NCBI GenBank assembly: GCA_035518815.1
Contig: DATIXG010000074.1
Coordinates: 441 to 64,440 of the forward strand
Reading direction: 5' to 3'
Length of the DNA stretch: 64,000 nt
DNA from: Gemmatimonadales bacterium
GTDB lineage: Bacteria; Gemmatimonadota; Gemmatimonadetes; Gemmatimonadales; GWC2-71-9
Part shown: positions 40,912 through 50,126 of the stretch, one piece after another
How positions within the stretch are numbered: position 1 is the stretch's first letter
Layout of the letters: every line of letters starts with the position of its first letter
Notes under the pieces: model-generated
What the model was told of the DNA's origin: nothing
Database searches by the model: none
What the model saw: only the letters and a program-made list of their open reading frames with translations
Program-made: the position numbers and the translations under genes

Positions 40912-42427
40912 TACGGACTCCGAAGAGCGCCCCGCCGTTGGCCCAGCGGCGCCGCAGCTCGAACCGCGCCGGATAGGCGGTGAGCAGGCGCTGCAGCTCA
41001 GTGAGCCCGCCCTCGTCTCCCGCGGCGACGAGCAGGTGGGTCACGCCCTGACGGTCGAGATAGGCGCGGTGCACGGCCGGAGGCGGCTCGAGCACCTGAT
41101 TCCCGCGCATGCGGTAGACGTAGAGGGGCACGGCCAGCCGGCGCGTGTAGAGCCACACCAGGGGGTCGTGGTCGGTGGCTACCACGGCGTTCTGAGGAAG
41201 GGAATCGAGCGCGGGGAGCATGTCGCCCAGCGTGTCGGACATCCGGGCGGCGGCGAGATCCCACCATTGATGGGCAAAGCCACGCGCCTCGTAGCGCGCG
41301 TAGCCGCCGACGAGAATCGCCGCCAGCACCGCGACGGGTATGCGCAGGCGGGTATGGCGCCACAAGGCGACCGCGCCAGCCGCCCAGCCGAGGGCGATCC
41401 ATGGAAGGACGGCCCAGAGAAATCGATCCGGCGGCACGGGCCAGCACGCGAGCAGCGCGAGGTACAACACGAGAGCGCCTCCGATCGCCGACCGGCGAGC
41501 GAGCTCGACGAGCCCGTAGAAGCCCACGGCGAGCGCCGCGATGCCGCACGCGTAGTATGCGGGGCCCGTCACCGTCCAACTCAGCGTCAGCACGCCGAGC
41601 GGGCGGACGAGATCCGTCACGCGCGCTCCCACCATTGCGACGCCGGAACCCGCTACCAGCTCGAGGTAGGATCCGTAGTCCGACCCGATGATGGGGTCGA
41701 TGCCGCCCTGGTGGATCATCACCCAGGCCCCCCACCCGAGCCCCGCCACGATGGAGGGAGCCGCCGCCAGGGCCACGCGGCGCCAACCGGCCGCCCGTCC
41801 CTCCTGGACGCGGTGGACGTGCGTGAAGTAGGTCCACACGACAACCCCCGCGGCCACCGCGCCGCCCAGCGACCGAGCGAGAAATGCGAGCGCCGCCGCC
41901 GCTCCCGAGATCAAGGCCGCGGCGTCCGGGGAGAACCGGCCCGGCGTCGGGCGATCCGCGAAGATCACGGCCACCGCGACGAACAGCGTGAAGACGGGCT
42001 CCGAGAGCAGCACCGTCAAGACCGTGAGGCACGGAATCGACAGAGCGGCGGCCACGACGACGCATCCGGGCAGCCAGGCAGGCCCACCGATCAGCCGAAT
42101 GCGCATCGCATGCCACACGATCAAACCGGACGATGCCGCGGCGCACAGCATGTTGAAGGCCTTGCCGACGAGCGCAGCGGTCGACACGGGCCATAAGCCG
42201 AACAGCGGCGACAGGATGACCGGATACAGCGGCGGGTAGTGCACGGCGACCGGCCGGCCCGGCAGGTTCGGATGCACGTACCCGAGACCGTGCGCCAGGG
42301 CCCAGGCGAGATTGGCGTATTGTGCGTCGTCGTAGAAGACGCCTACGAGGTGATGGTTCGACGTGAGGAGGCCGCCCGCGAGGGTCGCGAGGGCAGCGGC
42401 CAGCCCGGCGCGGCGAGGAGTCAGCAT
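40901..42427 (-). CDS. Polytopic membrane protein, ArnT/PMT-like GT-C candidate without TPR
   Basis: 508 aa, more than 10 hydrophobic segments, FYDDAQYANLAWAL acidic motif after TM1, soluble C-terminal domain of about 110 aa. The family assignment is inference only. Confidence 0.6.
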   Translation of the reverse strand: MLTPRRAGLAAALATLAGGLLTSNHHLVGVFYDDAQYANLAWALAHGLGYVHPNLPGRPVAVHYPPLYPVILSPLFGLWPVSTAALVGKAFNMLCAAASSGLIVWHAMRIRLIGGPAWLPGCVVVAAALSIPCLTVLTVLLSEPVFTLFVAVAVIFADRPTPGRFSPDAAALISGAAAALAFLARSLGGAVAAGVVVWTYFTHVHRVQEGRAAGWRRVALAAAPSIVAGLGWGAWVMIHQGGIDPIIGSDYGSYLELVAGSGVAMVGARVTDLVRPLGVLTLSWTVTGPAYYACGIAALAVGFYGLVELARRSAIGGALVLYLALLACWPVPPDRFLWAVLPWIALGWAAGAVALWRHTRLRIPVAVLAAILVGGYARYEARGFAHQWWDLAAARMSDTLGDMLPALDSLPQNAVVATDHDPLVWLYTRRLAVPLYVYRMRGNQVLEPPPAVHRAYLDRQGVTHLLVAAGDEGGLTELQRLLTAYPARFELRRRWANGGALFGVRSEP

Positions 42428-42434
42428 CCGGCGG

Positions 42435-44048
42435 TCACGACCGATGTTCGGCGATGCGCGCCGCCAGGTGCCGGGACAACCAATCCGACCAGACGGTCCG
42501 GCCCCGCCACCGGGCCTCCATCACCGCCGCCTGGTAAAACGTCACGCAGTTCACGCAAGTCGAGTCGACGTGGGCGATCAGCGAATCGACCAGCGCAACC
42601 CGGCCGAGGCGAAACGCGACCTCCGCCGCGTGCAGGGTCAGCCGGTTGTCCGAGGGAAGGAGGCGCGCGGCGCGACGGTAGGCCTCAAGCGCGTCGTCGA
42701 GGCGACCTTCGGTCTCCGCGTACCGCGCGGCGATCGCCGGACCGAAGTACGAGCGTGGCGAGTCCCGCACGACGCTCTGGTACACCGTTTCGGTGCTCTC
42801 CCACACCGGCACGCGCAGCGCCACGCGCACGCCACCGGCGACCACCACCAGCGCGACGGCCGCGTCGGCCCAACGGCGGGCGGCGGCGCCGATGGTCGGT
42901 CGCCATGCCGCGAGCCCTGCCCCCACGGCCAGCGCGAGGCCGACCGACGGCAAATAGAGGGTCCGCTCGGCCACCAGGACGCCGGACGGAAACACCAGGT
43001 TCGACACGGGGGCGAGCGCGATGCCGATCCATGCGACGCCGAATGTCTCGACCCGCCGGCGGCGGCGCCACAGCGACCACAGAAGCCCACCCCACAGGAG
43101 GAGGCAAGCAAGGCCCGCGAGGAAGCGCGGATCGGCCACGCTGGTGACGGCGGTCCGCTCCATGGGGGAGTAGTCGGCGCGGAGGTGCCACGGAAACACG
43201 AGCAGGCGCGTGACGTCCGCCAGGGCTGCCACCGCGGTGAGCCGCACGCCCAGCGGCGACTGGCCCAGGAAGACGATGGCCAACCCCGCGGTGACCGGGT
43301 ACGGCCGGAACACGGCGTACCGCAGGAGCGCCCACGCGATGCCGATCGCGCACCACACGCCGACGTACGCCGCGATGCGCCGCCGCGCCGGGCGGCCGAA
43401 CCCGAGCAGCCAGGCCGTACCCACCAGCGCTGGGACGACGACCGCATTCTCCTTGCAGAGGAGCCCCAGCGTCCACGCCACCGCGCTCCAGACGAGACGG
43501 TCGTTCTCCACGGCAAGCCACACCGCGAGGATCGTGAAGAGCGCGGCCAGGAGCTCGGCGCGCCCTACGACGTTGGCCACGGCCTCGACGTGCGCCGGAT
43601 GGACCGCGAACAACGCGCCGGCGATGACGCCCGCCGTGAGGCCGGCCCAGCGCCGGGCGAGAAGCGCGACCGCGGCGCTCACCCCGGCGTGCCACGCGAT
43701 GTTGACGCCGTGGAGCCACCAAGCGCGCCACGGCGCGATAAGCCAGTCCAGGGTGTACGTCGCGAGGACGAGGGGCCGGTAGAGGTGCCCGCCGCGCGGC
43801 GGCGGCCAGTACGGCACCGCGAACGCGCGCCAGAATCCACTCGCGCGGTGGACAAGGCCGTTGTCCTCAACGAGGGGAACGTCGTCCCAGGCGAAGCCGT
43901 TCGCGAGCGCGCCCAGGTAGATGACCGCGGCGAGCGCCGCGATCGCAGCCGCGAGCCGTCGCGCGGCGGCGCCGTCCTCAGCGCCGCCCGGCACTATCGG
44001 GGCGAAACAGGTTGTACCGGAGAATGTGGAAGAGTGCCGCGACGCCAT
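42435..44048 (-). CDS. GT-C-like membrane glycosyltransferase, TMTC/DUF1736-like (paralog 1)
   Basis: [40 protein letters not shown]; C-terminal DSPRSY, TPR-like region, CVNC. Start is ATG 44048 or GTG 43994; both overlap the GT2 3' end. The track ORF is over-extended to 44153. Confidence 0.75.
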   Translation of the reverse strand: MASRHSSTFSGTTCFAPIVPGGAEDGAAARRLAAAIAALAAVIYLGALANGFAWDDVPLVEDNGLVHRASGFWRAFAVPYWPPPRGGHLYRPLVLATYTLDWLIAPWRAWWLHGVNIAWHAGVSAAVALLARRWAGLTAGVIAGALFAVHPAHVEAVANVVGRAELLAALFTILAVWLAVENDRLVWSAVAWTLGLLCKENAVVVPALVGTAWLLGFGRPARRRIAAYVGVWCAIGIAWALLRYAVFRPYPVTAGLAIVFLGQSPLGVRLTAVAALADVTRLLVFPWHLRADYSPMERTAVTSVADPRFLAGLACLLLWGGLLWSLWRRRRRVETFGVAWIGIALAPVSNLVFPSGVLVAERTLYLPSVGLALAVGAGLAAWRPTIGAAARRWADAAVALVVVAGGVRVALRVPVWESTETVYQSVVRDSPRSYFGPAIAARYAETEGRLDDALEAYRRAARLLPSDNRLTLHAAEVAFRLGRVALVDSLIAHVDSTCVNCVTFYQAAVMEARWRGRTVWSDWLSRHLAARIAEHRS

Positions 44049-44685
44049 CGCGCCAAGTGATCTTCTTTCCCTCCGCGTAGGTGCGGCCACTGTAGGAAAT
44101 GGGCAGCTCCCAGATCCGCGCGCCCGCCTGCGCAAGCCGCGCGGTGATCTCAACTTCGAAGCCGAACCGGTTGGCGGTGAGCGGCAAGCGTTTCATCAAA
44201 TCGGCCCGGACCAGCTTGTAGCACGTCTCCATGTCCGTCAGGTTCAGGTTCGTGAACATGTTGGACAGGAGGGTCAGTACCCGGTTCCCGACCGCATGCC
44301 AGAAGTAGAGCACGCGATGCGGGCCGCCCTGGAAGCGGGAGCCGAAAACCGCGTCGGCCCTTCCGTCCAGGATGGGTTTCAGCAGCGTGGGGAGCTCATC
44401 GGGATCGTACTCGAGGTCCGCGTCCTGGATCACGACGACGTCGCCCGTGGCGAGGGCGATGCCCGACCGGATCGCGGCGCCCTTGCCCCGGTTTACGGGG
44501 TGGCGCTGCAGCGCGTCGAGCCGGCCCGCGCCCCGGAGCCGTTCGAGCACGCTGTCCGAGCCGTCTACCGATGCGTCGTCGATGGCAATCACCTCGATCT
44601 GCAGCGGCACCGCGCGCACCCGTTCTACTACCTGCTCAATCGTCGTTGCTTCGTTGTAGACGGGAATCAGAACCGACAGCTTCAC
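43978..44685 (-). CDS. GT2 family glycosyltransferase, polyprenyl/dolichyl-phosphate sugar synthase type (DPM1/Ppm1/GtrB-like)
   Basis: [54 protein letters not shown] (DxD). 235 aa with no TM. GTG 44685 overlaps the regulator TGA. Confidence 0.8.
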   Translation of the reverse strand: MKLSVLIPVYNEATTIEQVVERVRAVPLQIEVIAIDDASVDGSDSVLERLRGAGRLDALQRHPVNRGKGAAIRSGIALATGDVVVIQDADLEYDPDELPTLLKPILDGRADAVFGSRFQGGPHRVLYFWHAVGNRVLTLLSNMFTNLNLTDMETCYKLVRADLMKRLPLTANRFGFEVEITARLAQAGARIWELPISYSGRTYAEGKKITWRDGVAALFHILRYNLFRPDSAGRR

Positions 44686-46097
44686 GCCTCCGTCCCCGCC
44701 CCAGCCCCCGTCCCTGCGACCGTCTTGGTCACGCCGTCGTAGCGGCTCAGCTTGCGATACAGGGTCGATGGGTCGATACCGAGCACCTCCGCCGCGCGGG
44801 TCTTGTTGCCGCCTTCGCTCTGCAGCACCCACGTGATGTAGGCTTGTTCGATCACATCGAGCGTGGGGTTCACGTGCGGGCGCTCCGCTACGAGCGGCTC
44901 GGCCCGCCGCTCACTGATCTTGGCGGGCATGGCATCGAGCCCGATCGTCTCGCCCTTGGTCAGCACCCCCGCTCGCTCGAGCGCGTTCTCGAGCTCTCGC
45001 ACGTTCCCCGGCCAGTCATAGCTCATGATCGCATCGAAGGCTTCGGCATCGAGCCGTTTGGGCGGCTCGCCGCGCTCGACCGCGATGCGCTCGAGGAATG
45101 CCTTGACGAGGATCTCGATATCGTCGCGGCGGTCGCGCAGCGGCGGCAGGTGAATCGCGATCACGTTGAGGCGGTAGTACAAATCGGTGCGGAAACGGCC
45201 GCGCTTGATGTCCTCTTCCAGGTCGCGGTTCGTCGCCGCCACCACGCGGACGTCCACGGGGATCGCTTCCGTCCCGCCCACCGGGATCGCTTCCCGCTCC
45301 TGCAGCACGCGGAGCAGCTTCACCTGCGTGGCGGGCGACATCTCGCCGATCTCATCGAGGAAGAACGTGCCGCCGCGTGCGGCCGCGAACAGGCCCTGTT
45401 TGTCGCGAACCGCGCCGGTGAATGAGCCTTTCACGTGCCCGAACAGCTCCGACTCGAGGAGGCTTTCGGGCAGCGCGCCGCAGTTGATCGACAGGAATGG
45501 GCCTTCGCTGCGCGTCGAGAGCTCGTGGATGTAGCGGGCGATGACCTCCTTGCCCGTCCCCGACTCTCCCTGAATGAGCACCGTGCTTTCGGTCGGGGCA
45601 ACCTGTTCGGCCAGCCTCAGGACGTCCTGGAAGGCGCGTGCCTTGCCCAGAGGCTTGTCCAACCCGGAGCGCTCGCGGCGGCGGATCTCCTGCTTCAGCT
45701 GCTTGTTCTCTGCCTTGAGACGCCGCACCTCTCCGGCGCGGCGGCACAGCGCGACGATCTCGTCGTTGGAAAAGGGCTTCTGGACGTAGTGGAACGCGCC
45801 TTCGTTCACCGCCTGGATGGCGCTCTGGAGGGATGCTTGGGCGGTCATGAGGATGACCGGCGTCTCGGGGTCCTGCTCCTTCACGGCAGCCAGGATCTCG
45901 ATTCCGGTCACGCCGGGCATCTTGATGTCCGTCAAGACGATATCCGGGGCGGCCGTCTTGATCTGCTCCAGGCCCGCCTTGCCTCCCTGCGCGGTGATGA
46001 CGTCGAACCCCTCGTTCTTGAGGAGGATGCGCAGGGTGTCGAGGATGCCCTGCTCGTCGTCGACAACGAGGATCGAGGGCTGTGCGCTGTCGTGCAT
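44682..46097 (-). CDS. Sigma-54-dependent response regulator (NtrC/PilR family)
   Basis: Canonical receiver ([25 protein letters not shown]), [30 protein letters not shown], Fis [19 protein letters not shown]. Confidence 0.9.
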   Translation of the reverse strand: MHDSAQPSILVVDDEQGILDTLRILLKNEGFDVITAQGGKAGLEQIKTAAPDIVLTDIKMPGVTGIEILAAVKEQDPETPVILMTAQASLQSAIQAVNEGAFHYVQKPFSNDEIVALCRRAGEVRRLKAENKQLKQEIRRRERSGLDKPLGKARAFQDVLRLAEQVAPTESTVLIQGESGTGKEVIARYIHELSTRSEGPFLSINCGALPESLLESELFGHVKGSFTGAVRDKQGLFAAARGGTFFLDEIGEMSPATQVKLLRVLQEREAIPVGGTEAIPVDVRVVAATNRDLEEDIKRGRFRTDLYYRLNVIAIHLPPLRDRRDDIEILVKAFLERIAVERGEPPKRLDAEAFDAIMSYDWPGNVRELENALERAGVLTKGETIGLDAMPAKISERRAEPLVAERPHVNPTLDVIEQAYITWVLQSEGGNKTRAAEVLGIDPSTLYRKLSRYDGVTKTVAGTGAGAGTEA

Positions 46098-46199
46098 GTT
46101 TACGCAACCCGTTTGCGAGCAAAAGGTTACCGGAAATGCCCGGGAGGACGCAGCGCTAACATTGGAGAATGTCTCGCAGAGTGCAAGACGGAGGGTGGG

Positions 46200-47879
46200 C
46201 TAGGCGAGCGCCGGTGCCGGTTGCTCCACCCGCGCTCTGGCGGGGAAATGGATGGTGAAGGTTGTCCCCCGTCCTGCAACGGATTGCACGAAGACGATTC
46301 CGCGATGGGCGTCCACGGCGCGTTGGACGATGGCCAGGCCAAGTCCGGTGCCACCCCCCGCCGCCCGACCGGTAACGAACGGCTCGAACAAGCGGGGCCG
46401 CACGGTCTCCGGAATGCCCGGGCCGTTGTCGCTGACGCGGAGGAACACCGGGTTCTCGATTCCCGCGCCACCTGGCAATTCGCGCGCGTCCGAGCGGCCC
46501 GTTTGCACGACGACCTGGGCGCCGGCGCCCGCGGCCTGGACGGCGTTCAGGACGAGGTTCGAGACCACGCGATGCAGCAGGTCTTCATCGCCTTCCATGG
46601 AAGCGACCTCGCCCTCGAGCGTGATACGCGCATCGGCGGCGCAGTCGGGATGCTCGCGCACCACGCGAATCGCGGCGGCGGCCACGCGCTGCAGGTCCAG
46701 GGGGCGGCATTCGGTCACGCGGACGCGCGAGAAGTCGAGGAATTCCGACAGCAGGCGTGTCAGCCGGTCGCTTTCGCGCACGATCAGTCCGGCCAGGACG
46801 TGGTCGTCGGCGTTGGAGCGTTTCGGGCGGGCGAGCTGCTCCACCGACGAGCGGATGGAGGCGAGCGGGTTCTTGATCTCGTGCGCCAGGCTGGCCGACA
46901 GCTCGGCCACGGCTTCCAGGCGCTCGGTGCGGAGGTGCAGCTCCTCCAGCCGTTTCGAGTCGGAGATGTCGGTGAAGATGGCCGTGACGCGTGGCGGCCC
47001 TGCGGGCGGCGCTTCGAGGGTCGTGGTGGTCACGCCGATGGGGAACGTGCGGTCGGGGCGGCGCACCGTGGCTTCGACGCGCATGGCGCGCACCCCGCGA
47101 CGGGCGGTGGCCGTGATCGCGGCCCAGAATTCGGGGGCCATGCGCGCGAACTCCGGCATGATCGGCCGCGTGCGCCAGTCGCGCTCGTGGAAGCCGAGGA
47201 TGTGCTCGGCGGCCGGATTGCAATACAGGAGGAGGCCGTCGCCGTCCACCGTTACAACACCGGTCGGGATGTTCCGCAGCACGTCCGACGCTTCGAGCCT
47301 CGCCTGACGCAGCTCCCCGGCGAGCGCGACGCGCTCCGCCTCCATGACCGAGACCCGGCTCGAGAAGTACGCCGTGACGGCGGCAACGGCCGCGAACAAG
47401 GCAAGCTGGACCCCGATGTTCGGCGTCATCGCGGTGCGGTGGCCGAAGAAGACGTCGGCCAAATACACCATGCCCACGAGCACCGTGACGAGACCCGTGT
47501 TGGCGGGCGGCATGAGGACCGCGGCCACCGCGATGAGCGGCACGTAGAGCGACGTGAAGTCGCTCTGGGGTCCGCCGGTCATATGGACCACGGCCGTCAC
47601 GAGCGCCGTGTCGAAGAGCGCCTGGAGGTATACGAAGGTCGGACCCGGCGCTCGGTCCCGGACATGCGTGTACCAGTACGACGGGATGGTGACGACGACG
47701 GCGGCTACGAGCAGGAGCGAAGCGACGAGGATATCCGTCGGGGTGGCGACCGTGACGCGGAGCGCCGCGCTCAGATAGATCGCGATCGCCACGCACATCC
47801 GCCCGATGTAGACCGAGCGGAGGAGGGCCCGGGGACTCGGCATCGCCGACGCCCGCGTCCGCCGGCCGAGCCAGCTCAT
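46200..47879 (-). CDS. Sensor histidine kinase: multi-TM N-terminus, PAS, HisKA, HATPase (PilS-like architecture)
   Basis: About six hydrophobic segments in the first 180 aa, PAS (GVVTVDGDGLLLYCNPAAEHILG), H-box SASLAHEIKNPLASI, DNGPGI, GTGLGLAIV. Confidence 0.85.
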   Translation of the reverse strand: MSWLGRRTRASAMPSPRALLRSVYIGRMCVAIAIYLSAALRVTVATPTDILVASLLLVAAVVVTIPSYWYTHVRDRAPGPTFVYLQALFDTALVTAVVHMTGGPQSDFTSLYVPLIAVAAVLMPPANTGLVTVLVGMVYLADVFFGHRTAMTPNIGVQLALFAAVAAVTAYFSSRVSVMEAERVALAGELRQARLEASDVLRNIPTGVVTVDGDGLLLYCNPAAEHILGFHERDWRTRPIMPEFARMAPEFWAAITATARRGVRAMRVEATVRRPDRTFPIGVTTTTLEAPPAGPPRVTAIFTDISDSKRLEELHLRTERLEAVAELSASLAHEIKNPLASIRSSVEQLARPKRSNADDHVLAGLIVRESDRLTRLLSEFLDFSRVRVTECRPLDLQRVAAAAIRVVREHPDCAADARITLEGEVASMEGDEDLLHRVVSNLVLNAVQAAGAGAQVVVQTGRSDARELPGGAGIENPVFLRVSDNGPGIPETVRPRLFEPFVTGRAAGGGTGLGLAIVQRAVDAHRGIVFVQSVAGRGTTFTIHFPARARVEQPAPALA

Positions 47880-47894
47880 GCGCTTCGCGCCCTG

Positions 47895-48044
47895 CTACCG
47901 CGCGGTGGCGGGTGGCGTCGCGCCCCCCTCACGCCGCGCCCGGCCGCCCCGTTGCTTGGCCTTGAGCTTCTTGCGTCGCCGGCTATTGCCATAGGTGCCG
48001 CGAAAGATCTTGCCGCGGCTGCTGCGGAGGTCGCCCTTCCCCAT
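47895..48044 (-). CDS. 30S ribosomal protein Thx (bTHX) with basic C-terminal extension
   Basis: MGKGDLRSSRGKIFRGTYGNSRRRKK closely matches the Thermus Thx sequence as I recall it (GKGDRRTRRGKIWRGTYGK). GGAG lies 9 nt upstream of ATG 48044. Confidence 0.7.
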   Translation of the reverse strand: MGKGDLRSSRGKIFRGTYGNSRRRKKLKAKQRGGRARREGGATPPATAR

Positions 48045-48134
48045 AAGGAGCTCCAGTCGGATGTGGTTGGTCGGTAAGGTATGTGTCCGCCACGGCACGA
48101 ACCAGTCGGCGCCGCCGATATTAGATTCCGGCCC

Positions 48135-48866
48135 ATGACTTGTCATGCCTGCGGTGCCACCCTCGCGCCCACGGCGCGGTTCTGCCACAAATGCGGCGCT
48201 GCCACTCAGGGCGCCACCCCGACCGGCTGGCGCGCGGGCCTCCCCTGGGCCCTCGCCGGTGCCGCGCTCGGCGCGCTCATCGCGGTCGTCGGCCTCCGCT
48301 TTTCGGGAAGCTCAGGCGGTGGATCCTTCGAAAGCCAGAGCGCTCCACCACCCTTTGCCGGAGCGCCGCCCATGGCCGGCGGCGGGGGGGGCGGAGGCGG
48401 CATGGCCCCGCCGGACATCAGCCGGATGTCGCCCGAGGAACGCGCCAACCGGCTGTACAACCGCATCATGACGCTGCATTCCGCGGGCAAGACGGACAGC
48501 GCGGAATTCTTCCTGCCGATGGCCCTGCAGGCCTACGCCATGCTGCCCGCGCTGGATATCGACGCGCGCTATCATGTGGGAGTGCTGCATCTGACGGGAG
48601 GCGATGCCGCGGGCGCGATGGCGCAGGCCGACACGATTCTGCGCCAGGCCCCGACGCATCTGTTCGGATTCGTGCTCCGTGCGCACGCGTCCGAGCTGCG
48701 CAAGGATCCGAGCGGCGTCCAGCAGGCCTATCGCGATTTCCTGCGCAACGAGGCCGCCGAACGGGCGCGCCAGTTGCCGGAGTACGCCGACCACGCCCAG
48801 AACCTCGACTCGTTCCACGAGCAGGCCGCGCAAGCCACGAAGGGTGCCGGGAAGGCCGGGACGTAA
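48135..48866 (+). CDS. Zinc-ribbon membrane protein with poly-Gly linker and helical C-terminal domain
   Basis: MTCHACGATLAPTARFCHKCGAAT zinc ribbon, one TM (LPWALAGAALGALIAVVGL), G8 stretch, TPR-like helices. The only plus-strand gene between 883 and 60575. Confidence 0.6.
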   Translation: MTCHACGATLAPTARFCHKCGAATQGATPTGWRAGLPWALAGAALGALIAVVGLRFSGSSGGGSFESQSAPPPFAGAPPMAGGGGGGGGMAPPDISRMSPEERANRLYNRIMTLHSAGKTDSAEFFLPMALQAYAMLPALDIDARYHVGVLHLTGGDAAGAMAQADTILRQAPTHLFGFVLRAHASELRKDPSGVQQAYRDFLRNEAAERARQLPEYADHAQNLDSFHEQAAQATKGAGKAGT

Positions 48867-48902
48867 GCCCCCGTCCCGGTCCCGCTCTCTTCGTTCCTAC
48901 CG

Positions 48903-50108
48903 TTACTGAACCGCGTTGACCATGTCGAAAATGGGCAGGTACATCGCGACCACCATGCCGCCGACGATCACGCCCAGCACGACGATCATGATCGGCTCCA
49001 TGAGGGAGAGCAGCGCGCTCACGGCCGCGTCCACTTCCTCGTCGTAGAAGTCGGCGATCTTCGACAGCATCTCGTCCAATCCGCCGGTCTGTTCGCCCAC
49101 GGCGATCATGGAAATCACCATAGGCGGGAAGACCTTGGACTTTTGCAGGGGCGCGGCGATGGTCTCACCGCCCGCGATCGACGCGCGCGACTCCATCACC
49201 GCGTTGTGGATCACCATATTGCCGGCGGTCCGGGCCGTGATCTCGAGGCCGTCGAGGATGGACACGCCGGACGAGATGAGGGTGCCGAGGGTGCGGGTGA
49301 AGCGGGACACGGCGGACTTCCGGATCAGATCGCCGAGCACGGGCATGTGCAGCAGCAACGTGTCGATCTGAAGCTTGCCCGGCGGCGTCTTGTAGTAGCG
49401 GGTGATCCCGATGCCGATGCCGATGATCGCGCCGCCCATGGCCCACCAGTAGTGCTTGAGCAGGTTGCTCGCGCCGATCACGATGCGCGTCGGCAGGGGC
49501 AGCTCGAGGTTCACTGACGCGAACATGTTCTGGAACGTCGGGATTACGAAGATCAGCAGCACGGTCACGGCGATCGCGGCGACCGACATGATCACCGCCG
49601 GATAGACCATGGCGCCCTTCACCTTGCGGATGATGGCGTCGTTCTTCTCGAGGAACTGGGCGAGCCGCAGCAGGATGGTGTCGAGAATACCGCCGGCCTC
49701 GCCGGCGGCCACCATGTTGACGTAGAGGTCGCCGAACGCCTTCGGATGCTTGCGGAGGGCGTCGGCGAGCGTGTGGCCGCTCTCCACGTCGTAGACCACC
49801 TGGCGCGTCACGTCGGCCAGGATCTTGTTCTCCGTCTGCTGGGCCAGGATGTCGAGCGCCTGGACCAGGGGCAGGCCGGCGTTGATCATGGTGGCGAACT
49901 GGCGGGTGAGCACCACGACGTCGCGCGTCTTGATGCCGCTGCCGAACTTGAAGCTGATCTTGAACTGCTTGGGCGCCTGCCGCACCTGCACCACGAGCAT
50001 GCGGTTCTTGCGCAGGTGCGCGACGACGTCGTCCTTCGACGGAAGGTCGACCTCGCCTTGCTGCAGCTCCCCTTTCAGGGTGCGCGCGGTGTACTGGAAT
50101 ACCGGCAT
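48903..50108 (-). CDS. pilC: Type IV pilus platform protein PilC (GspF family)
   Basis: 401 aa; duplicated GspF domains with three TM segments; follows pilT. Confidence 0.9.
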   Translation of the reverse strand: MPVFQYTARTLKGELQQGEVDLPSKDDVVAHLRKNRMLVVQVRQAPKQFKISFKFGSGIKTRDVVVLTRQFATMINAGLPLVQALDILAQQTENKILADVTRQVVYDVESGHTLADALRKHPKAFGDLYVNMVAAGEAGGILDTILLRLAQFLEKNDAIIRKVKGAMVYPAVIMSVAAIAVTVLLIFVIPTFQNMFASVNLELPLPTRIVIGASNLLKHYWWAMGGAIIGIGIGITRYYKTPPGKLQIDTLLLHMPVLGDLIRKSAVSRFTRTLGTLISSGVSILDGLEITARTAGNMVIHNAVMESRASIAGGETIAAPLQKSKVFPPMVISMIAVGEQTGGLDEMLSKIADFYDEEVDAAVSALLSLMEPIMIVVLGVIVGGMVVAMYLPIFDMVNAVQ

Positions 50109-50126
50109 GACGTCCTCCCGTAGGCC

